Below, in pieces: positions 50,686 through 61,800 of a DNA stretch of 64,000 nucleotides. A program made the translations under genes and the position numbers. Below the pieces are notes generated by a model. The model was not told the DNA's origin. It searched no databases and was given only the letters and a program-made list of their open reading frames with translations. The DNA is from Bacteroidia bacterium (GTDB taxonomy: Bacteria; Bacteroidota; Bacteroidia; UKL13-3), in NCBI GenBank assembly GCA_025454975.1, contig JALONK010000003.1, positions 74,522 through 138,521 of the forward strand. Direction: 5' to 3'. Position 1 is the stretch's first letter. Each line of letters opens with the position of its first letter.

Positions 50686-51189
50686 ATGTTTTTACCTATC
50701 CAAGAATTATCACCTTCTGCCCGTGTTTGGATTTACGCTTCTTCAAAGCCAATTCCTTCAGAGGTTCAACTACGTTTACAATCAGCCGGAGAATTATTTA
50801 CTTCTGAATGGACTGCACACCAACAGCCTTTAAAAGCATCATTCGCCATTTTGCATCAACACATCATTGTTTTTGCGGTTGAAGTAAATTTTCAGGATAT
50901 TAGTGGGTGTGGAATTGATAAATCGGTTAGATTGGTTCAAGAATGGGAACAAGAATTTCAACTTGGCTTTTTTAATCGCCTTCAGTTAGAATATTTAAAC
51001 GAACAAAGTGAGTTGGTTGTAGTATCAAAAAAAGAGGCTTTAAGCTTATTTGAACAAGGAAAAATTTCAAATGCTACTTTGTTTGTAAATAAAACTATTC
51101 AAACACTAAACGAACTAAGAAATGAACTGTTAATCCCATTTAATAAAACATGGGCATACCCAATTACTTTATCACAAATAGCTGAATAA
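50686..51189 (+). CDS. Conserved hypothetical protein (~167 aa)
   Basis: The ATG at 50686 gives MFLPIQELSPSARVWIYASSKP…. The track ORF begins at a TTG at 50668. I recall similar proteins being loosely labelled 'ABC transporter ATPase' in some Bacteroidetes annotations, but I cannot place the fold. Confidence 0.55.
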   Translation: MFLPIQELSPSARVWIYASSKPIPSEVQLRLQSAGELFTSEWTAHQQPLKASFAILHQHIIVFAVEVNFQDISGCGIDKSVRLVQEWEQEFQLGFFNRLQLEYLNEQSELVVVSKKEALSLFEQGKISNATLFVNKTIQTLNELRNELLIPFNKTWAYPITLSQIAE

Positions 51190-51247
51190 AACAAAATATA
51201 CTTAAACTTGCTTACTTAATAATAACGATACAATTTTTAAAAGTTAA

Positions 51248-53275
51248 ATGACAAACCCAAATTCTAATGATTTAAGACCGGGGAATTCCAATGACCCAAA
51301 AAAGCCTAAAGTACCTCAGATACCAAAATTTAATTTTTATTGGATTTATGGAATTATACTGGTAATTTTTATTGGCTTACAGTTATTGCCTCGTGATACT
51401 GCCATTCGCACAACTTGGTTTCAAGTACAAAGCGATATGATTATGGCTAATGAAGTAAAAGCCATCACTGTAGTAAATAAAGAACGTGCAGAAGTTACTT
51501 TAAAACCGGAGGCCTTAAATGCCGATAAATATAAAGATGTAAAAGAAAGAAGTGTTTTAGGCAGTGAAAAAGGGCCGCATTATTATTTTGAAATAGGTGA
51601 TGTAAAACAATTTAATGATGATTTACTAGCTGCTAAGACAGAATTTGAAAAAAGAAATCCGGGTCAAATTTTACAAATTCCGGTTGAGTATGTAACACAT
51701 CGTAATGTGTTGGGCGAAATGTTAAACTGGATTGTGCCTTTGTTGTTGTTACTAGGTTTATGGATTTTGCTTATGAGAAGAATGGGTGGAGGCGCAGGTG
51801 GTGGTGCTCAAATATTTAATATCGGGAAATCAAAAGCCCAACTTTTCGATAAAGAGAACTTGGTAAAGGTTACATTTAAAGATGTTGCAGGTTTAGATGA
51901 AGCAAAGGTAGAGATTATGGAAATTGTAGATTTCCTTAAAAACCCACGCAAATACACCAATTTGGGTGGTAAAATTCCAAAAGGTGCATTATTGGTAGGC
52001 CCTCCGGGTACAGGTAAAACATTATTAGCAAAAGCAGTTGCCGGTGAAGCAGGAGTTCCATTCTTTTCATTATCGGGATCTGACTTTGTTGAAATGTTTG
52101 TAGGTGTTGGTGCAAGTAGGGTAAGAGATTTGTTTAGACAAGCAAAAGAAAAAGCACCTTGTATCATTTTTATTGATGAAATTGATGCAGTTGGAAGGGC
52201 AAGAGGAAGAAACGTAGTGCAGGGGGGAAATGATGAAAGAGAAAATACCTTAAATCAGCTATTAACAGAAATGGATGGTTTCTCAACCGATTTAGGTGTT
52301 ATTATTTTAGCTGCAACCAATCGTCCGGATATCTTAGATGCCGCTTTATTGCGTCCTGGAAGGTTTGATCGTCAGATTTCAATTGACAAGCCTGACTTAG
52401 CTGGAAGATCTGAAATATTTAAGGTACATTTAAAACCATTAAAGTTAAATGAAGATGTAAATCCCGACCGTTTAGCTACGCAAACGGCAGGATTTGCCGG
52501 AGCAGAAATTGCAAACGTTTGTAATGAAGCTGCCCTAATTGCTGCGCGTAAAAATAAAGAGCGTATTGACATGCAGGATTTTCAAGATGCTGTAGATAGG
52601 GTAATAGGTGGTTTAGAAAAGAAAAATAAAATAATATCTCCGGAAGAAAAACAAATTATTGCTTATCATGAAAGCGGACATGCTATTGCCGGATGGTTTT
52701 TAAAAGACGTTGACCCTTTGGTAAAAGTAAGTATTGTTCCTCGTGGTGTTGCTGCTTTAGGTTATGCGCAATATTTACCTAAAGACCAATATTTATATAC
52801 AACCGAGCAAATGGAAAATATAATGTGTATGACCCTTGGTGGACGTGTAGCGGAAGATATTATTTTTGGTCGTATCAGCACAGGAGCACAAAATGATTTG
52901 GAACGAATTACCAAAATGGCTTATGCAATGGTTACCATTTATGGCATGAATAATAAAGTTGGTAATGTAAGTTTTTATGACGCACAAAACGAATATGGCT
53001 TTACTAAGCCGTATAGTGAAAAGACTTCTGAAATGATAGATGTTGAAGTAAGGAATTTAATTGATTACTGCTATCAAAAAACCAAAACTTTATTAATTGA
53101 AAAACGCGATAAACTTGAAGAGCTGGCGCAAATTTTATTAAAACGTGAAATCCTGTTTCAACATGACTTAGCCGAGATATTAGGTAATCGTCCATTTGAC
53201 TTACCTAAACACGAGGAATCGCCAAATACTGAAGTTGCCCCAACTTTGGATGAGGCCAAAAATGAAATAGCATAA
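51248..53275 (+). CDS. ftsH: ATP-dependent zinc metalloprotease FtsH
   Basis: An N-terminal TM pair, AAA+ Walker A (GPPGTGKT), Walker B (IIFIDEIDA), SRH and the HEXXH motif (HESGHAI) are all present. The protein is 675 aa. Confidence 0.97.
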   Translation: MTNPNSNDLRPGNSNDPKKPKVPQIPKFNFYWIYGIILVIFIGLQLLPRDTAIRTTWFQVQSDMIMANEVKAITVVNKERAEVTLKPEALNADKYKDVKERSVLGSEKGPHYYFEIGDVKQFNDDLLAAKTEFEKRNPGQILQIPVEYVTHRNVLGEMLNWIVPLLLLLGLWILLMRRMGGGAGGGAQIFNIGKSKAQLFDKENLVKVTFKDVAGLDEAKVEIMEIVDFLKNPRKYTNLGGKIPKGALLVGPPGTGKTLLAKAVAGEAGVPFFSLSGSDFVEMFVGVGASRVRDLFRQAKEKAPCIIFIDEIDAVGRARGRNVVQGGNDERENTLNQLLTEMDGFSTDLGVIILAATNRPDILDAALLRPGRFDRQISIDKPDLAGRSEIFKVHLKPLKLNEDVNPDRLATQTAGFAGAEIANVCNEAALIAARKNKERIDMQDFQDAVDRVIGGLEKKNKIISPEEKQIIAYHESGHAIAGWFLKDVDPLVKVSIVPRGVAALGYAQYLPKDQYLYTTEQMENIMCMTLGGRVAEDIIFGRISTGAQNDLERITKMAYAMVTIYGMNNKVGNVSFYDAQNEYGFTKPYSEKTSEMIDVEVRNLIDYCYQKTKTLLIEKRDKLEELAQILLKREILFQHDLAEILGNRPFDLPKHEESPNTEVAPTLDEAKNEIA

Positions 53276-53290
53276 TTCTTCGAACTACAC

Positions 53291-53338
53291 AAAAAAATAA
53301 AGGCTGTTAAGAAATATCCGAACAGCCTTTATTTTTTT
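53291..53338. terminator. Bidirectional rho-independent terminator between ftsH and accD
   Basis: A 9-bp stem (AAGGCTGTT…AACAGCCTT) is preceded by an A-run and followed by TATTTTTTT. Confidence 0.6.
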
Positions 53339-53361
53339 ACGTTTTGTTGTAACTTATATGT

Positions 53362-54234
53362 TTACGCTTCTTCTGTTAATGGAATAGGTTTATTGGCAAG
53401 TAAACTTAATAATTGCCCTAATTTTTTCTTTAACTCTGTTCTTGGAGTAATAAAATCTACAAATCCATGCTCCAATAAAAACTCTGAACTTTGAAATCCT
53501 TTAGGTAAATCCTTGCCAATGGTTTCACGAATTACCCGTGGCCCGGCAAATCCTATCAATGCCTCAGGCTCGGCAATATTAAAGTCGCCTAACATAGCAA
53601 AGGATGCTGTTACACCGCCTGTAGTAGGGTCGGTTAACAAACTGATATACGGAATTCCGTCTTGTGCCAGAAGTGCAAGTTTTGCTGATGTTTTTGCCAT
53701 TTGCATTAAACTAAATGCTGCCTCCATCATTCTTGCTCCCCCTGATTTTGAAATCACCATCACCGGAATTTTATGTTCCCTTCCGTAATCAATGGCACGA
53801 GCAATTTTCTCGCCCATTACACTACCCATACTTCCACCTATAAAGTTAAAATCCATACAGGCAATAACAATGTCAAAACCATGTATTTTACCTGTTGCAA
53901 CTCTCATGGCATCAGTCATTCCTGTTTTTTTCTGACTGTCTGCTAAACGAGATTTATAATCTTTTGTATCTTTAAATTGCAGTGGATCGGTTGGTTTAAT
54001 GTGATCAAATAACTCTTGATACGTAGATTGATCGAATAATATGTTAAAGTATTCTATTGAACCAATCTTATCATGGTAATTACAACCCGGGCAAACATAA
54101 TTGTTTGCCTCATGTTCGGCAGTAGTAATAGCTTTTTTACACCTTGGGCATTTATGCCAAAGCCCATCCGGCACCGACTTTTTATCTTCTGTGCTGGTGG
54201 TAATACCTTCTTTTACGCGTTTAAACCAACTCAT
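53362..54234 (-). CDS. accD: Acetyl-CoA carboxylase carboxyltransferase subunit beta
   Basis: The N-terminal zinc ribbon (CPRCKKAI…CPGCNYH) and a crotonase-like CT domain are present. The protein is 290 aa. Confidence 0.95.
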   Translation of the reverse strand: MSWFKRVKEGITTSTEDKKSVPDGLWHKCPRCKKAITTAEHEANNYVCPGCNYHDKIGSIEYFNILFDQSTYQELFDHIKPTDPLQFKDTKDYKSRLADSQKKTGMTDAMRVATGKIHGFDIVIACMDFNFIGGSMGSVMGEKIARAIDYGREHKIPVMVISKSGGARMMEAAFSLMQMAKTSAKLALLAQDGIPYISLLTDPTTGGVTASFAMLGDFNIAEPEALIGFAGPRVIRETIGKDLPKGFQSSEFLLEHGFVDFITPRTELKKKLGQLLSLLANKPIPLTEEA

Positions 54235-54249
54235 CTTGATTCCTTATTA

Positions 54250-54282
54250 AAATGAACAGCACAATTCACAAGAATTGTGCTG
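54250..54282 (-). terminator. Possible terminator hairpin downstream of fbaB (10-bp stem CAGCACAATT/AATTGTGCTG)
   Basis: A perfect inverted repeat lies right after the fbaB stop. The downstream U-tract is weak (TTCATTT). Confidence 0.35.
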
Positions 54283-54301
54283 TAAAAATTATTTTTAATA
54301 A

Positions 54302-55354
54302 TTAAGCCAACGTAATTGACTTGTCTAAGTAAACATCTTGAATGGCGTTTAATAATGCTACACCATCCGCAACCGGTTTTTGAAATGCCTTACGTCCGGA
54401 AATTAATCCTTGACCACCTGCACGCTTATTGATTACAGCAGTAGCTACTGCTTCTGCCAAATCACTTGCACCCTTACTTTCGCCGCCTGAATTAATTAAA
54501 CCTTGACGACCCATATAACAATTTGCTACTTGGTAACGGGCTAAATCAATTGGATGGTTAGATGATAATTCAGTGTAAACTTTATTATGTGTTTTACCAA
54601 AATTTAAGGCAGTATAGCCTCCGTTTGTAGTAGGTAATTTTTGTTTGATAATATCGGCTTGAATGGTAACTCCTAAATGGTTGGCTTGACCGGTTAAATC
54701 TGCCGCTGTGTGATAATCAACACCATCCTTTTTGAAGGCATTATTTCTAGTGTAACACCATAATATTGTTGCCATACCTAACTCGTGAGCACGTTCAAAA
54801 GCTGCGGCAACTTCTTGGATTTGACGACCACTTTCGTCGCTACCAAAATAAATTGTTGCACCAACTGCTACTGCACCCATATTCCAAGCTTCATCAACCG
54901 AACCAAACATAATTTGGTCGTACTTGTTCGGATATGATAGAAATTCGTTGTGATTTATTTTTACAATAAAAGGTATACGGTGAGCATACTTACGTGCACA
55001 TGATGCCAATACACCATAAGTAGAAGCAACTGCATTACAACCGCCTTCAATAGCTAACTCAACAATATGCTGAGGATCGAAATAGCGAGGAGCCGGAGCA
55101 AAAGAAGAACCTGCACTATGCTCGATTCCCTGATCAACAGGTAATATAGAAAGATAACCTGTATTAGCTAAACGACCTGTTCCGTAAAGCGCTTGTAAGC
55201 TACGCAATACTTGAGGTGTGCGATTAGTTTGTACGAAAATTCGGTCAATAAAATCAGGACCCGGAGCATGAAGCTGGTCTTTGCTTATTGTTTTACATTC
55301 ATGCTTAAGCAAGCTTTCGGCATTGGCGCCAAGTAATTCTTCTATTTTACTCAT
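54302..55354 (-). CDS. fbaB: Class I fructose-bisphosphate aldolase (FbaB-type, ~350 aa)
   Basis: The length and the DeoC/LacD-like TIM-barrel pattern match E. coli FbaB-type class I aldolase (…IVKINHNEF…, …GRKAFQ…). Confidence 0.8.
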   Translation of the reverse strand: MSKIEELLGANAESLLKHECKTISKDQLHAPGPDFIDRIFVQTNRTPQVLRSLQALYGTGRLANTGYLSILPVDQGIEHSAGSSFAPAPRYFDPQHIVELAIEGGCNAVASTYGVLASCARKYAHRIPFIVKINHNEFLSYPNKYDQIMFGSVDEAWNMGAVAVGATIYFGSDESGRQIQEVAAAFERAHELGMATILWCYTRNNAFKKDGVDYHTAADLTGQANHLGVTIQADIIKQKLPTTNGGYTALNFGKTHNKVYTELSSNHPIDLARYQVANCYMGRQGLINSGGESKGASDLAEAVATAVINKRAGGQGLISGRKAFQKPVADGVALLNAIQDVYLDKSITLA

Positions 55355-55401
55355 GTTGTTAGGTAAATTAATCGTATTATGTTTGCAAACATAAACTTTT
55401 T

Positions 55402-55839
55402 TTGGAAACCGTAACTATGATTGAGGTAAGGCTAATAGAAACTTCGGCAGAATTATCCGCCGCACATAACATTAGAAAAGAGGTATTTGTGATTGAACAA
55501 GAATGTCCGGAGGATATTGAATGGGAATTTGAAGAAGAATCAACCCACTACTTAGCTCTAGAAAACAATATACCTGTTGGAACTTCAAGGTGGCGATATA
55601 CGGCTGATGGCATAAAAATGGAGCGATTTGCCGTAATTAAAGAAATGCGAGGAAAAAATATTGGAGCTGCACTTTTACTGAAAATGTTAAGTGACACCAA
55701 ACAATTTAACAAAACCATCTATTTACATGCTCAAACCCATGCAGCAGGGTTTTACGAAAAATATGGATTTAGTGCGGTTGGTGAACTATTTTGGGAAGCA
55801 GATATCGAACATGTTAAAATGAAATTTACACACTATTGA
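55402..55839 (+). CDS. GNAT-family N-acetyltransferase
   Basis: An acetyl-CoA-binding block is present (…[18 protein letters not shown]…), and the protein is 145 aa. Its 3' end overlaps the convergent sprA-like stop by 7 nt. Confidence 0.7.
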   Translation: METVTMIEVRLIETSAELSAAHNIRKEVFVIEQECPEDIEWEFEEESTHYLALENNIPVGTSRWRYTADGIKMERFAVIKEMRGKNIGAALLLKMLSDTKQFNKTIYLHAQTHAAGFYEKYGFSAVGELFWEADIEHVKMKFTHY

Positions 55840-58800
55840 ATGGTGTAACGTAAACTAAATCCTCCACTGGTTATAATATTAGGAAATTGATTAGAAGTAG
55901 CCGGATCAGTTTTCCGTCTGTCGTAAAAAATTCGCAACATTAACTTTTCATTGATATTATATTCTATGGTTGGTCGAATAGAAGTGGTTGTTTGACCCGC
56001 CACAGCTTCATTACTTGGTCTGTCTAAATTACGAACCTTGGTTACTTGTTCTCTTATACTAAAGTCGAGCCTGAAATTTACATCGTTTTTAAGTACAATT
56101 GTTCTACCATTCTTCATAAAAGGAATCCGTAATTTGTTGGTTCGATAACCTGCTCCAAATACCAATTCATTACCGGTTTGCTCGCTTAACTGACCATTGG
56201 TAAGCACAAAATTTAACGTTCGGTCGCGTTTATACTGAAAGTTAGCTGTAACGTTACTTACTGTTGTAACATCTATACCCAGAAAAGGCCCCCATCGTTC
56301 AGTTAAACTTACACTTCTTATTTGATACTTCGATGCGTAATCGCCGCTGATATTGGTTGAAGAAGTATCAGTTATGGTTTGAAATGACCCCACATTATAG
56401 TTTGACGAATAAGAATGATTAAGTGTAATATTACTAAAGATATCCTTGATCGCTTGAATTTTTGTAAGGCCGTTATAAGTTACCCTCCAGTTTGGTAATG
56501 GAATAGCAGGGAAAGCAGATAATGAAACGTTGGAAGCATCTTTTCCGCTATACGCTGCTAAAAAAGCCGGTATTAAAACATCTTGTGAGTTTCTGCTATA
56601 TCCAATCGGGTATTGAATACTGTCGCGTCCCCTTCCCGGTTGATCGGGATTACCCGATAATCTTTCTGCAATTATTCTTCTGTTTTCTTCAAATTGTTTA
56701 AACACATCCGACGTACCATCACTTCTTTCTCTAGTAAAAGACGTGGCCATAATATTGTAACTGATACTATAAGTCCCGGATTCAACAAGTGGACCAACAT
56801 CGCGATAAGCATTTTCGCTAGAATCAAACCTAAATAATGATTGCTGTGATAATGACTGTTGTTTGGTGGCCGTGAGTTCGATTCTAAAATCAGGTAAAGG
56901 TTCAATGGTTGCTCTTATGCTTAAATTTTGCCTAAAGTCTGACATGTAATAGTTAGTAATACGAGGGTCGTTACTTAACCAACCATTTTGTGCTGCTTTA
57001 AATCTATATTCAGGGTCTTGAAGTCCGAGTAGAAAATCGAAGCCCGGTGCATTAACATTAAAATCTTGACCACCATATTGTGGCGTTGGTCGAAACCCCG
57101 GAAGTACCATCCCTCGGTTAACTGTTTGTTGTACATTAATATTTTTTATACTTGTTATTAGTCGCAGTGTTGCTGCAAGGGCCGGACTTAACTCATTACC
57201 TTCTTTTTCCTTTTCAGCCTCTTTTTTCTTTTTTTCTGCATCTTCCGCTTCTTTATCTTTATCACCCTTTTTCCCTTTACCCTTTCCTTTGGTGGTTTTC
57301 TTTTTCTTCTTAGGCGCAGATGTTGTTGTTGTTCGTTTCGAACTCGAATTATTCAATTGTCGCAACGTTGGAAATTTGTTATACAACATAATCAAATTAA
57401 ATGATGCATTCCAAGTTTCTATTCTAGCGTTTTGAATGGTATTACCTAAGCTGTCGGCGGCAGGAGGTGCTTGACGCCATTGGTAATTTGCAGTATAATT
57501 ATAGCTAACGTTCGTCCAACTTAATTGTTGAATTTTATTAATTGGAAGTGTATAGTTTAACCTAACTGCTTGGTCAAACTGTGTGAGTCGTCCACCATTC
57601 CAAAAATTACTCCACATGCTATCGCGTTTCTCCGGTGTTCCTTCATCAATTCGGCCAAGCGGCTCGTCAATCCTGGCCATAGCAGTTGATGTATAATCTA
57701 ACTTCAATCCTTTGGTTATATCGTACCTGAATTCGTAGTAACGATTCATAGTAAATATTTTATCAAACAAAGGCGGCACTACTGTATTAGGATTATCATT
57801 ATTTCTATTTATGGTTACCCCATAACGACGATCGGTTTCAAACCTTGTACCCCATGATTGTGGTTTGAAATACAAATTAAAATCTTTGATGATTTGTAGC
57901 TGTTTCGACTTTATCAATTTACTAAATGGCTCCCAAGGTTTACTATTAAAGTTGTAGTTATAAGAAATCATACCCCTGTAATTTTGAAGGATATAATATT
58001 CAATAGCTTGGTTTCTTCGATAGGTTTCGGTGTAGGCGTATGTAAAACTAAAGTTTTCTATATCATAAAAATGCTGCTTGCCCGAACCAACCCTGTTTTT
58101 CCTAACATTAGTAAAATTAATACTTCGCCTTGTTGTATAATCATCAGCGGCCTTTCTAATCCTATCAACGTATTCGGGATTAGTACTTTCGTTTATTTCC
58201 TTTTGTAGCCTTACATCCGGATTTAATGGATTGTATAATGGTCGAACTGTTGTATTTCCATACGACAAAAACATAGGTATAGAAATGCCTGATTTGGCCG
58301 GTAAAAATTTACCTAATTCAAATGTTCCTTGAAGATCATACATCCATTGGTCGTCCAAACGTCGTTCATTTAATTTTTTATCAATTCCTCCCCAGCCAAC
58401 AGTAGCAATACTTCCTGTAAATTGTACATTACCGAAATCGGCCAACTTAGCCAATACTCTACCGTTTGCTGCCCAGCCACCCTGATTATTAAAGTCGGTC
58501 ATTCGTAATTCATTAAACCAAACTTCACCACATTTTGGCAAACCATCATCAGTATCATCTGTGCCTAACTTTGCTTTTGGATTTCGAATACCAACCATTA
58601 CAATGCGCGCCTGACTTAAATCCGGTAAACCAACTACCCTGTATATTGTGCTACCTGTTCTTCTTTCAAAAATTGAAGTGAATGGATGATTGGCATTTGT
58701 TCGAGCAATTTTTGTATTAATCAACTCCTCTAAGTCAATAACCATTTCATTCTCATTTGGCCATATTTCATTAGCATTGGCGGCAGGCGGAACAGTTACC

Positions 58801-61800
58801 CTAAGTGGAATTTCATACTCATAATAGTTTGCATTTAAGTCGGTACCAATACGAATAAATGCATGTAAATCCCCATCACGTAATTGCTCTCTTAATCCTT
58901 CGGCATGTAAAAACATTCTTAATTTACCATAGCGTCTTAAGTCCATGTTAATGTTGCGGAAAGCGGCTCTGGCATCTCCATCTCTTAAATTACAAACCTG
59001 AAGCGATAAGGATTGTTCGTTTTGTGCGATGGCCTGAGGTGCGCTAAAATCAACTTCACGTTGAATGCCGGGCGGTGTAACATAGCGAATAGGTGCTCTT
59101 GCTCCGTTCTCTTCAATATTTACTGTTGAAACTACAAATTGTGTATTATCAACATTATCATTCGGCCTACCTTCCCTGCCTGCTTCCAAATTCTCTAAGT
59201 ACTTACGCCAATCAGCTCTCACCAATTGTAAATAAGCAAAACGTAATACCATATCATTATTAAATCCTCGCATGAACATACGCATAAATCGAATGGATTT
59301 AAAATCATAAATCTGGCCAACTCTTTTTTCATATTCGCGAATTGGTATTTTTAATTGATACCAAGTTACTTCTCTTCTATTACCATTTTTTAAAAGTGCT
59401 GAGCGCCTAACGGAATCAGTAACAAAATTTTGTCCAACTACTAATCGTCCTTTACTGATATCAACTTTATATTGGAAATATTCTTCAATATCATTTAAGG
59501 TGAAGTCGCGGTTAATATCTTCGTTATCGGGAATATTAGTGGCTGTTGTAGGGTAATTAGGCTCTGTTGATTGCTCGGCAGTTGGCGAATTACCTTGGTG
59601 AGCATTAAAACGTTTATAGCGATTTAGAATTGATGTTTGTGCATTATCATAAGCACTTCCTAAATAATAACGGTAGTTATCGTTTGATGGATCGGCTAAA
59701 GCAGCTTGATATGCCTGTGAATTAACACCAAACTTAGCTGCAATCAAGGCCAAATATTGTTCATTAAACCAAGCACGTTCCGTTTCATCATCAAAACCAT
59801 CTAATCCTAAATCTTGGCGTTGACGGGTTGCAGGATCGGCATCAAATGCAAAATTAATAACCGGTTTACGTGGCACCCTTCCCCAAACAGTGGTATCAAT
59901 ATACTGATTATCGGCTTCTGTTCTTGGTAAAGCATTTTCAGAAGCCCTTCTATTATCCCTTAATACATCTTCCGAAATATTTCCTAAGTTAATGTAAAAC
60001 GACCCTTCATTCGCTGCATCTTGTTTACAAGCATAAGGATCCATCATCCATATTTCTATGTAATCAATATTAGAGGCTTCGAAATCATTCTGATCAATAC
60101 GGCGCATCACCCCACCCCACTTCGTTCTTGGATTACTTAAAGTACCGTCTTCATTTAACTCTTCGGTGTTATAGTTATACGGTCCACGCTCATTAGGGTA
60201 AATAGCTAAATCTAAAGTGGGAACTTGATTAGGCAGGCCGGCTTGAATTTGACGATCAGGAAAAATTTCATTCAAACTCACCTCTCTCACACAATCATCG
60301 CTCAGTTGTTCATCATCATTCCTAATATGCTCCGGTGTGAATCGTTCTGTTCTAAAAAATGTTGTAGCTATATTATACCAAGCAAATCCCGAACGATTGA
60401 ATCCATAGCGTAAATTATTCAATAAATTACCTTCAGGAAATAAATCAGGTTGACCTTGAGGGGTTGATGCCAATGTCCAGTTTTGAGCAGGCATACGCAT
60501 ATCAAATGGCGTTTCACTACCTTCAAAATCGTCGATATAAGCAGTACCTCTTTGAGCAAGTGCTCCTTGAATTCCGGGAATTAATTTAGCAAACTCTCCA
60601 CTTACTGTTATCGTTGATATTTCCTTCGTTTCTATGAATGGCAATTTATCTATAAGCTTAGTTAATAAGCGTGAGTCTCTTTTATAAGTACCATCTAAAC
60701 CAAGCATAATGTTGGATATCGGCTCTTCACCGATATTCACTTTTGGTGTTAACGGCCTTTCATTTAAATACATAAACGTACCACCAAATATCAAGTCATT
60801 ACTGTGCTTATAATCAAACCTGGTACCTAATAAATTTTTCTGCTGCACTGTAAACAACGAGTTACTCTCCGACGATACTTTAATGTTTGCCCCTGAGTTT
60901 AATAATCCCGTGTTTAATATTTTAACCCTCCCTAAATTGTAGTCTACAACATAGTCAACATTCTCGACCAAGGGCGCACCATTGGCTGTTACACGAACCG
61001 ACCCTCTTGGTATATTGGTGCTGTTTAATGAAATTTCATTACTTGCTGTTCCTTGGTAACTGCCTCGTAAAAAGAACTTGTTGTATTGAGGAAGTTGCAT
61101 GGCTGCAAATCGGGTGGAATCATACAATTCATAGAAACTATAATACCTGGCACGATCAGGATTATTCACAAATTTTGCAGCCAAATAAGTTCCAAATGGT
61201 TCTACCGAAGGAAAAAATATTCGACCTTGTGTGGAGTTTATGGTTACTCCTTCAATAAAATCAAATAATCCATCCGGAGCTCTTTCTTGTTGCGTATTAA
61301 GGTTATCTAAATTTAATACGGTTAACAATGGAATACCTGTTAACGAAGGCTCATTTTGTTGAGGAATGTAATTTAAATCAGCACCCGATGGATCATCTGC
61401 ATAAATTACATTCAATCTAAAATCTTTTTGTTGAATATTAAATGTACCCAATGCATACACGTTTTTCATCATCAAATCCCATAGCGGTAAATCAGGACGT
61501 TGCGAAGGACCTTTCAACATTTTTGTAAATAAAACAGTGGGATTATCCGGGTTAACCGGGACATCAGTAGTAAACTCCCCTACTTTAAAGTATCTGCCAT
61601 CTAATGTGTATTCAAAAGCAACGCAAAGAATTTCGTCGTTGTTTAAAGCATTGTTTAAAGATATATAACCTAAGCGAGTGTTTATAGAATATTCAGAAGG
61701 ATTTAATAACCTTGCGTTATTAATCATTTGGTATTGTGAGATGGGCTGTAAACGAGTTATATTTTGATCGGCAATTAATTCATTTTGAATTTCAAAAGTA

